A stretch of 64,000 nt of DNA, taken from Heterodontus francisci. Its lineage: Eukaryota. Numbering within the stretch: position 1 is the first letter of the stretch; each line of letters opens with the position of its first letter. Shown piece by piece: positions 51,062-61,935 of the stretch. The stretch lies in contig NC_090417.1 of NCBI RefSeq assembly GCF_036365525.1, forward strand, positions 7,581,850-7,645,849, given 5' to 3'. Both the position numbers and the translations under genes were made by a program. Below the pieces are notes generated by a model. The model was not told the DNA's origin. It saw nothing but the letters and a program-made list of their open reading frames with translations, and did not search any database.

Positions 51062-51725
51062 TCAGTTGTGGCTCAGTTGGTAGCACTCTGGATTCTGAGT
51101 CACAACCTTGTGGCTTCAAATTCCATTCCTGAGATTTGAGCACATAACCTAAGTTCAGACTCCACTGTGGTACCAATGGAGTTGGAGATGCTGTGGCTTT
51201 CCCTAATATAGATTATCTAGTCATTTATCACATTGCTGTTTGTGAGAGCTTGCTGTGCGCAAATTGGCTGTGACATTACAGCACAGGGGCGGCACAGTGG
51301 CGCAGTGGTTAGCACCGCAGCCTCAGCTCCAGTGACCCGGCTTCAATTCTGGGTACTGCCTGTGTGGAGTTTGCAAGTTCTCCCTGTGTTTGCGTGGGTT
51401 TTCTCCGGGTGCTCCGGTTTCCTCCCACAGCCAAAAGACTTGCAGGTTGGTAGGTAAATTGGCCATTATAAATTGCCCCTAGTATAGGTAGGTGGTAGGG
51501 AAATATAGGGACAGGTGGGGATGTGGTAGGAATATGGGATTAGTGTAGGATTAGTATAAATGGGTGGTTGATGGTCGGCACAGACTCGGTGGGCCGAAGG
51601 GCCTGTTTCAGTGCTGTATCTCTAAACTAAATTACAACAGTGACTGCACTACAGAAGTGTTTCATTGGCCATACAGTGCTTTGAGATGGACTGAGACTGT
51701 GACAGGTGATATGAAAATGCAAGCC
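51062..51725 (+). mobile_element. Deu-SINE split by the HE1-like insertion
   Basis: Head 'gtggctcagttggtagcactct'. The body breaks at 'cattacagcacag' and resumes at 'attacaacagtgact'. Confidence 0.72.
51286..51630 (+). mobile_element. Full-length HE1-like V-SINE
   Basis: tRNA head 'ggggcggcacagtggcgcagtggttagcacc', V-domain, CR1-type 3' tail and (ctaaa)n end; CpG largely intact. Confidence 0.88.
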
Positions 51726-52129
51726 TTTCATGTTGTTCAGTCGGAGAGCAGGCTGCAGGTCCTCTCATTGCTGGAGACAGTCTTTAAGAAAGCTAGGTCT
51801 TGGATTTGGTCGAAGCAGGTTTTCTATGCATGAGACCCAATCTCAAGATTAACCTCTGTGCTGTCGATGAGCGGAGAGCAGTGACAACTAGGAATGTTAT
51901 TCCATGATCTTAGCCAAATCTTTACACACTGCCTCTGTGCCAAATTAAGAGTCATGCAGGCAAATAGTTTCCAGGTGATGCTGCATCAAAGCAGTTCAGG
52001 AAGACTTGCAGATGCCAGGCAGGCAGGACGTGGTGTATACACTCAGTGATTTCACACCCAGACATGAGTAGTCCCTGTTTCAGGAATCCGGCAACCTCCC
52101 ACGAGTACCACAACTGGCTCCTTCTCCAC

Positions 52130-52341
52130 ATCTGGAATACTGTGTTCAGTTACAGGTACCGCACCTAACAAAGGAGCCTCAGAAGCAGTACAGCACAGAT
52201 TCGCCAGAATATTCCTGCTGTGTCTTGTAGTCGTAGTAGTGCCTTAGTTTGGGTATTCTTGATAAAGTCTCAACTATGAACTCTTGTTATGATTTACACA
52301 TCACTATTTACATACTCCTCAAGTCTCTCTATCTAACATCC

Positions 52342-52374
<33 letters not shown>

Positions 52375-52797
52375 GACCGTGCTTTCCAAAGTTAACCCTT
52401 TCAGGTTCCTTATGCTACTATTATCAGGCCTCCGAATGTTAGATGATGAGAAATTACTAGACTTCTATTCCTTCGACTGGAGAAGATGAAGGAGTGATTT
52501 GATTGAGGTTTTAAGGATTTTGAAGAGAACTGACAGGGTTGATCGAGAGAAACTTTTTCTGTTGGTGGGGGAGTAGTCTAGGCCATTTGGGAGCAATGTT
52601 AGGGAACACTTGTTCACTTCTCCCATAAGAAAGTAGATGCTAGCTCAATTAATGTTTCAGTCTGAGATCAATAGATGTTTGCAAGCCAAGGGTATGCAGT
52701 TTATCCAAGTGGATGGAGTTAAGATCCAGATCAGCCATGATCTTATTGAAGGGTGGAACAGGCGCAATGGACTGAAGGACCTCCTCCTCCTATGTTT
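52130..52797 (+). mobile_element. Old CR1 3' fragment containing a 211-bp insertion
   Basis: 'catctggaatactgtgttcagtt...cacagattcgccagaat' ... 'gaaggagtgatttgattgaggt' and a CR1 tail. Confidence 0.75.
52216..52426 (-). mobile_element. Possible solo LTR (TG...CA) containing a (CAT)n tract
   Basis: Cleanly interrupts the CR1 sequence; termini TG (52216) and CA (52426). No convincing TSD; strand is tentative. Confidence 0.45.
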
Positions 52798-52798
52798 A

Positions 52799-53276
52799 TA
52801 GATACAGAGTAAAGCTCCCTCTACACTGTCCCCATCAAACACTCCCAGGGCAGGTACAGCATGGAGTTAGATACAGAGTAAAGCTCCCTCTACACTGTCC
52901 CCATCAAACACTCCCAGGGCAGGTACAGCACGGGGTTAGATACAGAGTAAAGCTCCCTCTACACTGTCCCCATCAAACACTCCCAGGGCAGGGACAGCAC
53001 GGAGTTAGATACAGAGTAAAGCTCCCTCTACACTGTCCCCATCAAACACTCCCAGGGCAGGTACAGCACGGAGTTAGATACAGAGTAAAGCTCCCTCTAC
53101 ACTGTCCCCATCAAACACTCCCAGGGCAGGTACAGCACGGAGTTAGATACAGAGTAAAGCTCCCTCTACACTGTCCCCATCAAACACTCCCAGGGCAGGT
53201 ACAGCACGGAGTTAGATACAGAGTAAAGCTCCCTCTACACTGTCCCCATCAAACACTCCCAGGGCAGGGACAGCAT
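52799..53276. repeat. 69-bp tandem repeat, ~7 copies, plus a degenerate unit at ~53432-53492
   Basis: Unit tagatacagagtaaagctccctctacactgtccccatcaaacactcccagggcaggtacagcacggagt; 'gatacagag' recurs at 52801, 52870, 52939 and so on to 53215. Confidence 0.97.
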
Positions 53277-53492
53277 AAAGTAGCAAACATAAAAATCCCG
53301 CCCTCAGACGCGGAGACTTCATTTAATTTTTTTGAAAAGCTGTATTGATGGGAAGTCGATAACATGTTTTTGTACGAAACATGTCTCTTTTGAGAAGTGA
53401 GAAATTAAAAAATGCCAATTGAAAGAAAAAACGGGGTCAGATACAGAATAAAGCTCCCTTGTCCCAGCAAAAACTCCCAGAGCAGGTACAGC

Positions 53493-53875
53493 AAAGAAGC
53501 AAAATACTGCAGATGCTGGAAATCTGAAATCAAAACAGAAAATTATGAAGCAGGTGGAGACAGAAAACCATAATTAACAGTTCAAGCTAATGAAATGGGA
53601 GGAGTTTGACGTGCAACAGGTTTGAAGCAAGAACAGACCGAGGGAAATGAGGGGAGGGGTAGACAGAACAAAAGTGAGGGTCTGTGATGTGGAAGGCAGC
53701 AGAGATTAAGTAACAAAAGGGGATGGTAATGGGACAAGTAAAGCAACCTGGAATGGGTCTGGAGGAGGTGTAAATGAACCATTCCCAGCATCGAAAGCTG
53801 TTGATATCAACATTGAGGTGGGAAGATTGTAAAGTGAAAGATGAGGTTCGGTTCCTTCAGCTTGCATTGAGTTCT
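53493..53875 (-). mobile_element. Penelope-like element 3' end (GIY-YIG C-terminus plus terminal region)
   Basis: The minus strand of 53800-53872 gives QCKLKEPNLIFH...LNVDIN, like the Penelope C-terminus RKLxEQHLIFRLGTLxPxGLN. It is followed by the same tail as 18.75 and 44.64 kb. Confidence 0.65.
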
Positions 53876-54611
53876 CTAGCCCTGTCTGTCAAGTAGGAAG
53901 TAACTTGCCGTTGCACTCTTCCATATTTCAGATGCACTGAATATGATTGTAGTTTCTGGCTAGTGGACACTTAACCTGGAATATCTGATGAAGTGTCAAA
54001 CCTCAACACAGCCATTCCACTGATCTGATCTGCACATACCATCCAACACCGAGACAATGCTTCCTGTTCATATTGGAGACAATTTCGGGAGGGAGGGGGT
54101 AGGGGTAGGTGTGGGGAGATGAGGTAGAGCACAGAGTCTTGACAGTAAGAGCCTGGGTTGTAAGATTCACTCACTGTTTGCAAGAAACTCTGCAATGTAA
54201 CTGATGCCTCACGATGTTAAAAGACAAAGAAAAACCTTGCATATACATAGTGGAAACACTTTCTCATTATTTACTCAATCAAAAATTTGCATAATTTTAA
54301 ACACATAAACTAAATCTCCCCTTTAAAATTCTCCGCTGTCAGGAGAACAATCCTGGATTGTCGCGTCTCTCCACCTTCAGTGAAACTCCTCATCCTTGGT
54401 AAGTCTCCTGGAATGACGAAATTAAAGGGCAGCCAAGAAGGCCATTTGGCCCATCGTATCTGAAACTGTTGACGATTATGCTACAGGATTGTGTGCGATT
54501 GCTGCCGTCCACTATACACTCTCCAGAAATATGTTAACTTCCAACCGTGGGGAGCTGTTCAATTGACATTTTTTGGAGATAAATTGGGGGGAAAAATATG
54601 GTGCTGAAGAT

Positions 54612-54925
54612 TGCAGGTTTAACCCCTGGTCAGTGCCAATTGGGTGATCTTAGCCAAGGCAGCAGGCCTTCAAGTGCTACCTAAGCCTTGGTGCCCAGAC
54701 TAGAGAGGCGCAAATCTGTTCCAAATGACGTGGGTGAAGGACGGGCTTGGGTTCAGCTGTAATGTTGAGGCTCACACGTGCAAGGTAGTGGAGACCACCC
54801 GCGCCCTTGGAGTGTACCACAGCAACGGTCACTACTGTCAGCAGGGATGCCCCCTCCTGCCATGGCTAAATAGCCCCTTACACTGGTGGAATTGTAACCC
54901 CATGTTTGGAGCCAGTGCCTTCAGG
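54612..54925 (+). mobile_element. Old tRNA-SINE (AmnSINE2-like)
   Basis: 'caggtttaacccctggtcagtgcc...tgatcttagcc...gggtgaaggacgggcttgggttcagctgtaatg...ggctcacacgtg'; related to 33025-33690. Confidence 0.5.
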
Positions 54926-55865
54926 GAAAAAGAGAGAATTGAAGGTGGGGCGGGAGGGGGTGGTGGGTGGTGGTGGAGGTGAGGAGAAAGTGAAGTTGTG
55001 AAAAAAGTTGGGCCTTGTTGAATCCTGCAAAAGGCATCAAGTCATTTCTGCCTCTCCCTCAGTGCTATGTAAATATTTAGCAGCCCTGGACTTCTCGGCC
55101 TCCATGCATAATGGTTTTCTGTCACTGCTATGGCCTCTGGCCACTTCACAGGGCATCAGGGCCTGTTGCGGCCTGCTCTGACCATCCCTTCGCCTGAGGC
55201 CAGGGCTACAGGAAGCAATGACTGACATTCTGTGTCTGGAGCTGTGATTCATTGAAGAGCTCCAGGGAATGGGAGGTGGGACTCACCAATTCATTATCTC
55301 TAAGAGTGGGTCCGAGGGTCAAAGGTTAACTTTGACAGCTGGGGCAATGTTTTCACAGAGCAATTCCTGCGCCGGGAGAGAGGAAGATCAGATGAGAGAG
55401 TGACTATTCGTATCTGCCTGGAGAAAAATATAGGAAGCTTTGTGCCCAGTCAGGCACTGAATGGCAATAAAGTGAAAAGAGAGTTTATCACAAATTCAGC
55501 AACCAGACTCTGAAACTCCATAAATAATTCAATGCTCTCGCTGTTACCTAGACACACCATAATAAACTGAATTTCAATTCTTGGAGCATTTTTTAAGTTT
55601 ATTTTCAAAAATGAACATATTTTGATGTGAACAGGCATAAGAATTAAAATTAGTTTTCTTGGGTACAAATTCCCAAATTACAGCTCCCAAAACCTCCACA
55701 AAAAGCCTGCAGCCAACCACTGGATTTTCTTTTCCAAAGGAACTATTTCTTCCCCCTTCCCCATCCTTCATTTCCCTCCCTTTTCCCCAATTGCTGGTCC
55801 CATGCTCTATTCCCACCTTTCCAGGCTGGGCGAATCTGATATCTCAACTCCATTTTGTTAATGTG

Positions 55866-56378
55866 GAGTGAGTGAGGGGCTCTGGGATTGGGAATGAGGA
55901 GTGAGGACTCTGGGATTGGGAATGAGGGAGTGTGGGACTGGGAATTTGGCAGAGTGAGGGGCTCTGGGATTGGGAATGAGGAGGGATTGAGGGGCTCTTG
56001 GATTGGGAATTGAGCAGAGTTGGGCCCTCTGGGATTGGGAATTGAGCAGAGTGACGTTCTCCAGGATCGGGAATTGAGCAGAGTGAGGGCTCTGGGATTG
56101 GAAATTGAGCAGAGTGAGGTTCTCCGGGATTGGGAATTGAGCAGAGTGAGGGCTCCGGGATTGGGAATTGAGCAGAGTGAGGTTCTCTGGGGTTGAAAAT
56201 GAGGGAGTGAGGGCTCTGGGATTGGGAATGAGGGAGTGCAGTTCTCCGGGATTGGGAATGAGGGAGTGAGGTTTTCTGGGATTAGGAATTGAGCAGAGTG
56301 AGGTTCTCCGGGATTGGGAATGAGGGAGTGAGGTTCTCCGGGATTGGGAATTGAGCAGAGTGAGGTTCTCCGGGATTG
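55866..56378. repeat. G-rich 30-32-bp minisatellite, ~16 copies
   Basis: Two unit types: gggattgggaattgagcagagtgaggttctcc and gggattgggaatgagggagtgaggttctcc. Confidence 0.95.
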
Positions 56379-56749
56379 GCAAGGCTTCTTGCTGAAACAC
56401 TGCAATTCTACTCCAGTCCCATGAAGAAGGCTTGTTTATCTGTGTTTATCCAGTGAATCCTCATCCAGAGACATTCTTCTGGAAGCTGCGATGAGTTTGG
56501 GAGAGCAGTGCCAAAACTCAGTCTCCAGCCCTTGGCGTTTGCTGTCTGCTTCGAGTTCCTTGTACTGTAAATATTGGATGGCTTAGATTGTGAAATTGAT
56601 GGTGGTTTTTACACAGTGTCTTTTCAAACATTGGCAAAACCTTCAAATCTTTCATATTTGAACAGTAGTTTGGTTCCAAACCTTCTGCTTTTTGTCTCTG
56701 CTTGTATGTGGGTGAAACTGCCTTTTTTAGACATATCCCTTTTTAACTC

Positions 56750-57255
56750 ACTGCTCATCCATGCATCTATTACCTCTAAACTTGGCTATTCCAATGCTCT
56801 CCCATGCTCATTGCACAAAAACTCCACTGCCCATATCTTAATTCGCACTAGTCCCCACCCTGTACTCACTAACCTAACACCGGCTGTCATTCCAGCAAAG
56901 CCTCAATTTGAAACCTCTCATCCTTGTTTACAAATCCCTCCAGGGCCTCACCCCTTCCTATCTCGATAATCTCCAGCCCAGAGATCTCTGCTCCTCCAAT
57001 TTCTGGCCCCTTGAGCATCCCCGATTTTAGTCACTCAACCATTGGCAGCCGTGCCTTCAGCTGCCTAGGCCCTAAGCTCTGAAATTCCCTCCCTAAACCT
57101 CTCTACCTCTCTCCTGCTTACACACTCTCCTTAGAACCTGCCTGTTCCCTGCCATGATATCTCCTTATGTGATTCGGTGACACATTTTGTTTGGATAACC
57201 CTCCGAAGAAGCATCTTGGCATGCTTTACTACATTAAAGACGCCCGTTGTTGTTT
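56750..57255 (+). mobile_element. L2-clade LINE ORF2 C-terminus and 3' end
   Basis: LIHASITSKLGYSNAL in ORF 56574-56969, followed by the L2-like 3' sequence. Confidence 0.8.
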
Positions 57256-57429
57256 AATAAAAGGAGCTGTTGGGTCTGTTGCTTGACTGTAAACATAATT
57301 TCAGAGCAAATACAATTGTGTATCAAAATAAAAGGGGGCCTATGGTAAATGCATGATGGGATATGTTGGTAATCTGAACTTATTGCCAAATGGCAGTCAA
57401 CAACACTGATAATTTTCAAATCAGATTTA

Positions 57430-58100
57430 GGCAGGACCTGTACCTCACATCAAATCGTAATTGTAGCATAGGCTTGAGATTTTAAGTGGACCCTTCAATG
57501 TATATATTTGAGAGGTTTTATCAAAGTAGGTATTGAGGCTTGTTAAGTTGTGCAGTGTTTTTGGACAGTGTGTCTCTTTTCGATGACAGGCCATGTCCAC
57601 TGTCTCTTGATGCATTTTTCTTTGTTTTGTTGCTGGGTAGATGTTGGTTATACTGTTTATTATTGCACTGCGAAGAATTTTCCCCTTTTTTATCCAACCT
57701 ATCATAAAAAGTTGCTTGTAATACCCAAGGATGAACAGCACCAGATGTTCTTGAAGCTTTTCAGCTTGTTCCTTGTAGTTGCAGTTGTTACGGACAAGAC
57801 TGGTAATTCTCAGTGGAATACAGGAACTTTTTTTTCAGAAGAGACCCATAAAAATCTGCTTTTCCAGATGTGTGTAGCTGCAACCTTCCTCAGTTACCTT
57901 CACGTGCAGTATTTCCACTGCTGTAAATATATATCATCATGTTGTCTCACTTTATTCAGAGTGGAAACAGTCTTGAAAAGTCCTGGGCTGAATTGTCCGG
58001 AGAATGTTTATATCACAGCGTCATCAGCCAGCTGGTGTGTCCATTGTGTTGCCTGATTTAGAGAGTCCCATTTCAACAACCAGAACAAGAGGGAAGTGGA
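57430..58100 (-). mobile_element. Highly degenerate Penelope-like RT ORF remnant
   Basis: Minus-strand fragments occur in the expected order: SGNTMDTPA (~58050), VRQHDDIY (~57940), EQAEKLQEHL..LGY (~57770-57720) and TYFDKTSQIYTLKG (~57510). Confidence 0.38.
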
Positions 58101-58929
58101 AGGCATATCTCAGTGTGAAAGGGATGGATGGGCTGGTTTGTCTTGTTTCAATTTCTTGTGCATATTTTTCCTCTTGTGTTCAGAGAAATGACAATTGCTG
58201 GGTTGCAGTTCCACTAGCGTTGGTTGCTTTTGTTGCCCTTGCACAAGTCTTCGTTCTTGTTGATGAGCATGGGAGTGTTTGAGTGTTGCAGACTGGCACA
58301 TTCCAAGGTCCAGGACTACGTGCCCAGGGACGCACTGAAGCTCGGGGCAAAGGCTCAATGGGGAAAGGCCACTGAGTAAGGTCCTCCTGCCATAGTGAAC
58401 TGAGGGGCTGGAAACTGTGTAAAACCCCTTGGGCTGTATGTACCAGAGAATGTTTGGCATAAAATATAAATGTGCATTGTAAATATAACCTGCAATGGCA
58501 AGTGCAGTGAGACACCTCATGTACTGTATTGAAAAACTGATCCGTACTGCACTTTATGAAATTTGAATTGTTTTGTCATGTATTTTTACAAATGTTACGA
58601 ATCAAGTTTACTCCTGGTAAAATGAACGGGAACGTTGGCAGGAATTCCTCTGTGAAGGACATCACAGGCAAGTGAAATCGGGAAGTCAGTCAATGTGTGT
58701 GGGGTGGGGGGAGGTGGGATGGAGCTGGAGGGGTTTGTTGGGAAGCAATGAGGAGGAGGGTGGGCCAAGGCTCAAGCCTTGTAAATCTCAGTTTTCCTTA
58801 CATTTCCCTTACCCTGATGGCAAAATGGCAGAGCAAAAGAAACTTCTTTCATGTGAGACAAGGATCTGTACCTGTGACTCTCTGGCACACTCTCTGTCTC
58901 TCTCTCTCTTGGACCTACACTGTGGGAGC

Positions 58930-59210
58930 CAACACAGCAAGCACAGGTCTCAGAGCATTTCAAGAAAGAAGTTCGAAGCTTCATACAAAGGGTTGTGAAA
59001 GGGTGGTACTCTCTCCTACAAAAAGCAGTAGATGTGAGCTTAGTTTAAACAATTTTCAATCTGAGATCAGTAGATTTTCACAAGCCAAGGGAGAGGAGGG
59101 ATCCGGAGCTAAAGCAGGTGAATGTAGTGAGGATACAGATCAATCATGATGACATTGAATGGTGGAACAGGTTCAAGGGGCTGAATGGCCTCCTCCTGTT
59201 CCTATGTCTA
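58930..59210 (+). mobile_element. Old CR1 3' end
   Basis: 'gaatggtggaacaggttcaaggggctgaatggcctcctcctgttcctatg'. Confidence 0.75.
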
Positions 59211-59414
59211 TATGAGGCTGTATGGTTGTACGGTTTGGCATAGAGAACTACATTCAGCGACAGAGCTGCACAGAGCAGGCTAGAGAACATCGTGCTCTGA
59301 CATTCTCAATTACTGAAACCCTCCAATGTTCAAGTCCTTTCAGTTTACAATGGGTCAGTCATTTCATCTTGCTTTGTGAGAGAAATCTCCATATAATCTT
59401 TATCACTGAGAGAG

Positions 59415-59797
59415 AGAAAAGAACAACTTACCTTTAATGGCACTTTCTGGCCAATGAGGTACAGATTCTGTGAAGTGTAATGTAGGAAACGTGGCAAACA
59501 ATGTGCACACAGCAAGATCCCATAACAACAGTGTGATAAATTATCAGATCGCCTCTTTTGAGTGATGTTGGTGAAGAGATCAATGTGAACTGGGACACCA
59601 GGAGAGATCTCTTTCTCCTGGTCAAAATAGTGACACAAGACCTGACAAGGCCTTGGTTTAGCTTGAGAAGCTGCAACATTGCAGCACCCGCCCAGTGTCA
59701 GCCTAGATTCTGGGCTCAAATCTCTGCAATGGAACTCGATCCTATGATCGTATAAACCCAAGGCGAGAGTTCCAATCACTGTGTGAGCCACGGCTGG
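59415..59797 (-). mobile_element. Deu-SINE, degenerate
   Basis: 'gtaatgtaggaaacgtggc...gcacacagcaagatcccat' and reverse tRNA head 'tgagccacggctg'. Confidence 0.68.
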
Positions 59798-61629
59798 CAT
59801 GGAAAGAGAAGGGAAGGACGTCTTGGTTAGTTAGGTGGATGCCTGGTTGTGAATGATTAACAGACAGTGCTGGAGTCAAAAACATTGATAATGAATTGGC
59901 TGCTTCCGGTGATGAATGACGATTGCAGCAGGATTTGTCTGTTATCAAGGGCAAGCTTTCAAATGCTTTGCAACATGTTTACGGAAGACGATTAGTTGTA
60001 AGAGCAAATTTGATGAGAATGTTTTTGCCCTTGTTAGATTATCAGTTGATGAATAGGTGAGCGGACAGTGCAGTGGCTTATCAAAGGCAATGCTTATTCA
60101 TGCTAAACTGGAGTTTAAATGTTGACATTGAGGCTGGAGAATCTGCTGATTGCAGGATCCAAGTGTGTCATGTTTCTGTATATTTTACACCACAGACATA
60201 GTGTGAAGCAGATAGAATGTAGCCCCAGTGTCTGATAAGCAAACAGCCCTAAACCCTGTGAACACATGTGCCAACTCTCAGTCTTAGCACTATGGCAGCT
60301 TTCAGCCCTCGGGTTTGTTGCCAACCTCCGGATAAAGTTGCCCAATTTGCACACTCTAATTGCCGGCGCATGGCCATCCTGAAGAAAGAGAGTTGCATTT
60401 ACGTGGCGCCTTTCACGGCCTCCCAAAGCACTTCACAGCCAATGAAGTACTTTTGAAGTGTCGACACCGTTGTAATGTAGGGAACGCAGCAGCCACGGCT
60501 TGACGCCGTAACTGCAATGGCCTTCACAGTTGATAAGCTGGCTGACAACAGTGGCCTGTGCTGACACATGGGGAATAGGCCCCTTGGCATTGAGAGTGGC
60601 TGGCAAGCATTGAACAGAAAGCCAGCAAGAGAGGGGTCTGCGGGGAGTGGTGGGGGGATAAATTCAGGAGAGAAGCTTGCCCCCTTTCCTCAGGCTAGTC
60701 TACAGTACCTGCTGCTCTCTCTCTCTCTCGCTCTCTCTCTGTGTCTACAGAGTGTACTAGGCCAAGCCACAATTTTTTGAAAGGATTAGTTCATTACTAC
60801 TGCAGCTGCTATTTGAGAGGGAAGTGAGGGGAAAGTCAGCGACAGTTCTCATCAGTTAAATTCTGGAGTGAAATGTGATCACCAGCAAGTAATCCTCTGG
60901 TCAGTGTAAAGATAGGCTGAGGTGTGCTGAAAGGAATGCAGTAAATACTACAATCATATTCACTAGTTATTAAATGCGGGACAGGCAGACAAAAGGCCCA
61001 CTGTCTCTGAGCGCGCAGCACTCAATCTCTGCTGCTTTATGAACCACCAAAAATGCTGAGCGTGTCAGGAGGGCACTTTAAGCTCCTCTGCTCAAGGTGC
61101 TGATGGCAGTGATATCATGTGGGAGGCTGCTAGGTTTCTGTAGCTAACAAGGACACGCACGCAGCCTCACATCTTCTTAGCAGGTTGTCGTCTAGTGCAA
61201 GCAGTTGCTTTTCTCCCCTCCACTACCCCTGCTTTCTTTTTGCCAGACCTGACCTCTTGCTGTGCTGTCTGTTGCCCTGATGCTCCCTCAGCCAGCCTGT
61301 GTATTGACGGTGCCTCGGCGAACTGAGCCTGTGACCAGCAGCACAACTAGAACCCAGTACTAGGTACACGTTACATCAAAATAAGCAATGGTAAGTGTGA
61401 GGCAGTGAATGATTGAGTGGGAGAAGCCACTGTCTTTGCTGGAACTCTAGTGTTCTCCTGGATCCAGAATGCCGGAAGACCAACTCCCTCCACAGCAGTG
61501 ACTGGTTCCCATGTTGGCCATCTTTCCATCCTGTCCAAGTGCCACAGATCCTGTGGTGCCAGTTTGTGGCCATTTTTCTTCCGGGGGCCTTGTGCCCACT
61601 TGGAACTGGGTCGAGACTAACCACACTTT

Positions 61630-61935
61630 AAGCAACTTGGATTTATCGAGCGCTTTTAATGTAGTAAAGCACCCCAAGGTGCTTCACAGGAGCATTATCA
61701 TACATAAGGACAAGCTTCCATAATAGAGTTAGGTTTTAAAGGAGGAGAGACAGAGTTTGAAAGGTTAAGTAAGGGTATTCCAGAGCTTAGGGTGTGGGAA
61801 GCTGAAGGTACAGACACCAGCGATGGAACAATTCAAACCATGGATGTTGAAGAGGGCTGAATTGGAGGAGCACTGAGATTTGGAAGGTTGTAAGGCTGGT
61901 GGAGATGACAGAGATGGGGAAGGTCGAGGCCATGG
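61630..61935 (-). mobile_element. L2-clade LINE 3' fragment
   Basis: Same family as 45640-46230. Confidence 0.65.

Noticed and set aside
51286-51360. tRNA gene
   Set aside because: It is the tRNA-derived head of a SINE and continues into the V-domain and LINE tail.
55743-56405. 220-aa and 180-aa ORFs
   Set aside because: Translations of the minisatellite; the frame shifts between units.
57550-58056. 168-aa plus-strand ORF as an FGFR1 exon or nested gene
   Set aside because: No Ig-domain or other recognisable similarity; it is antisense to a probable retroelement remnant.
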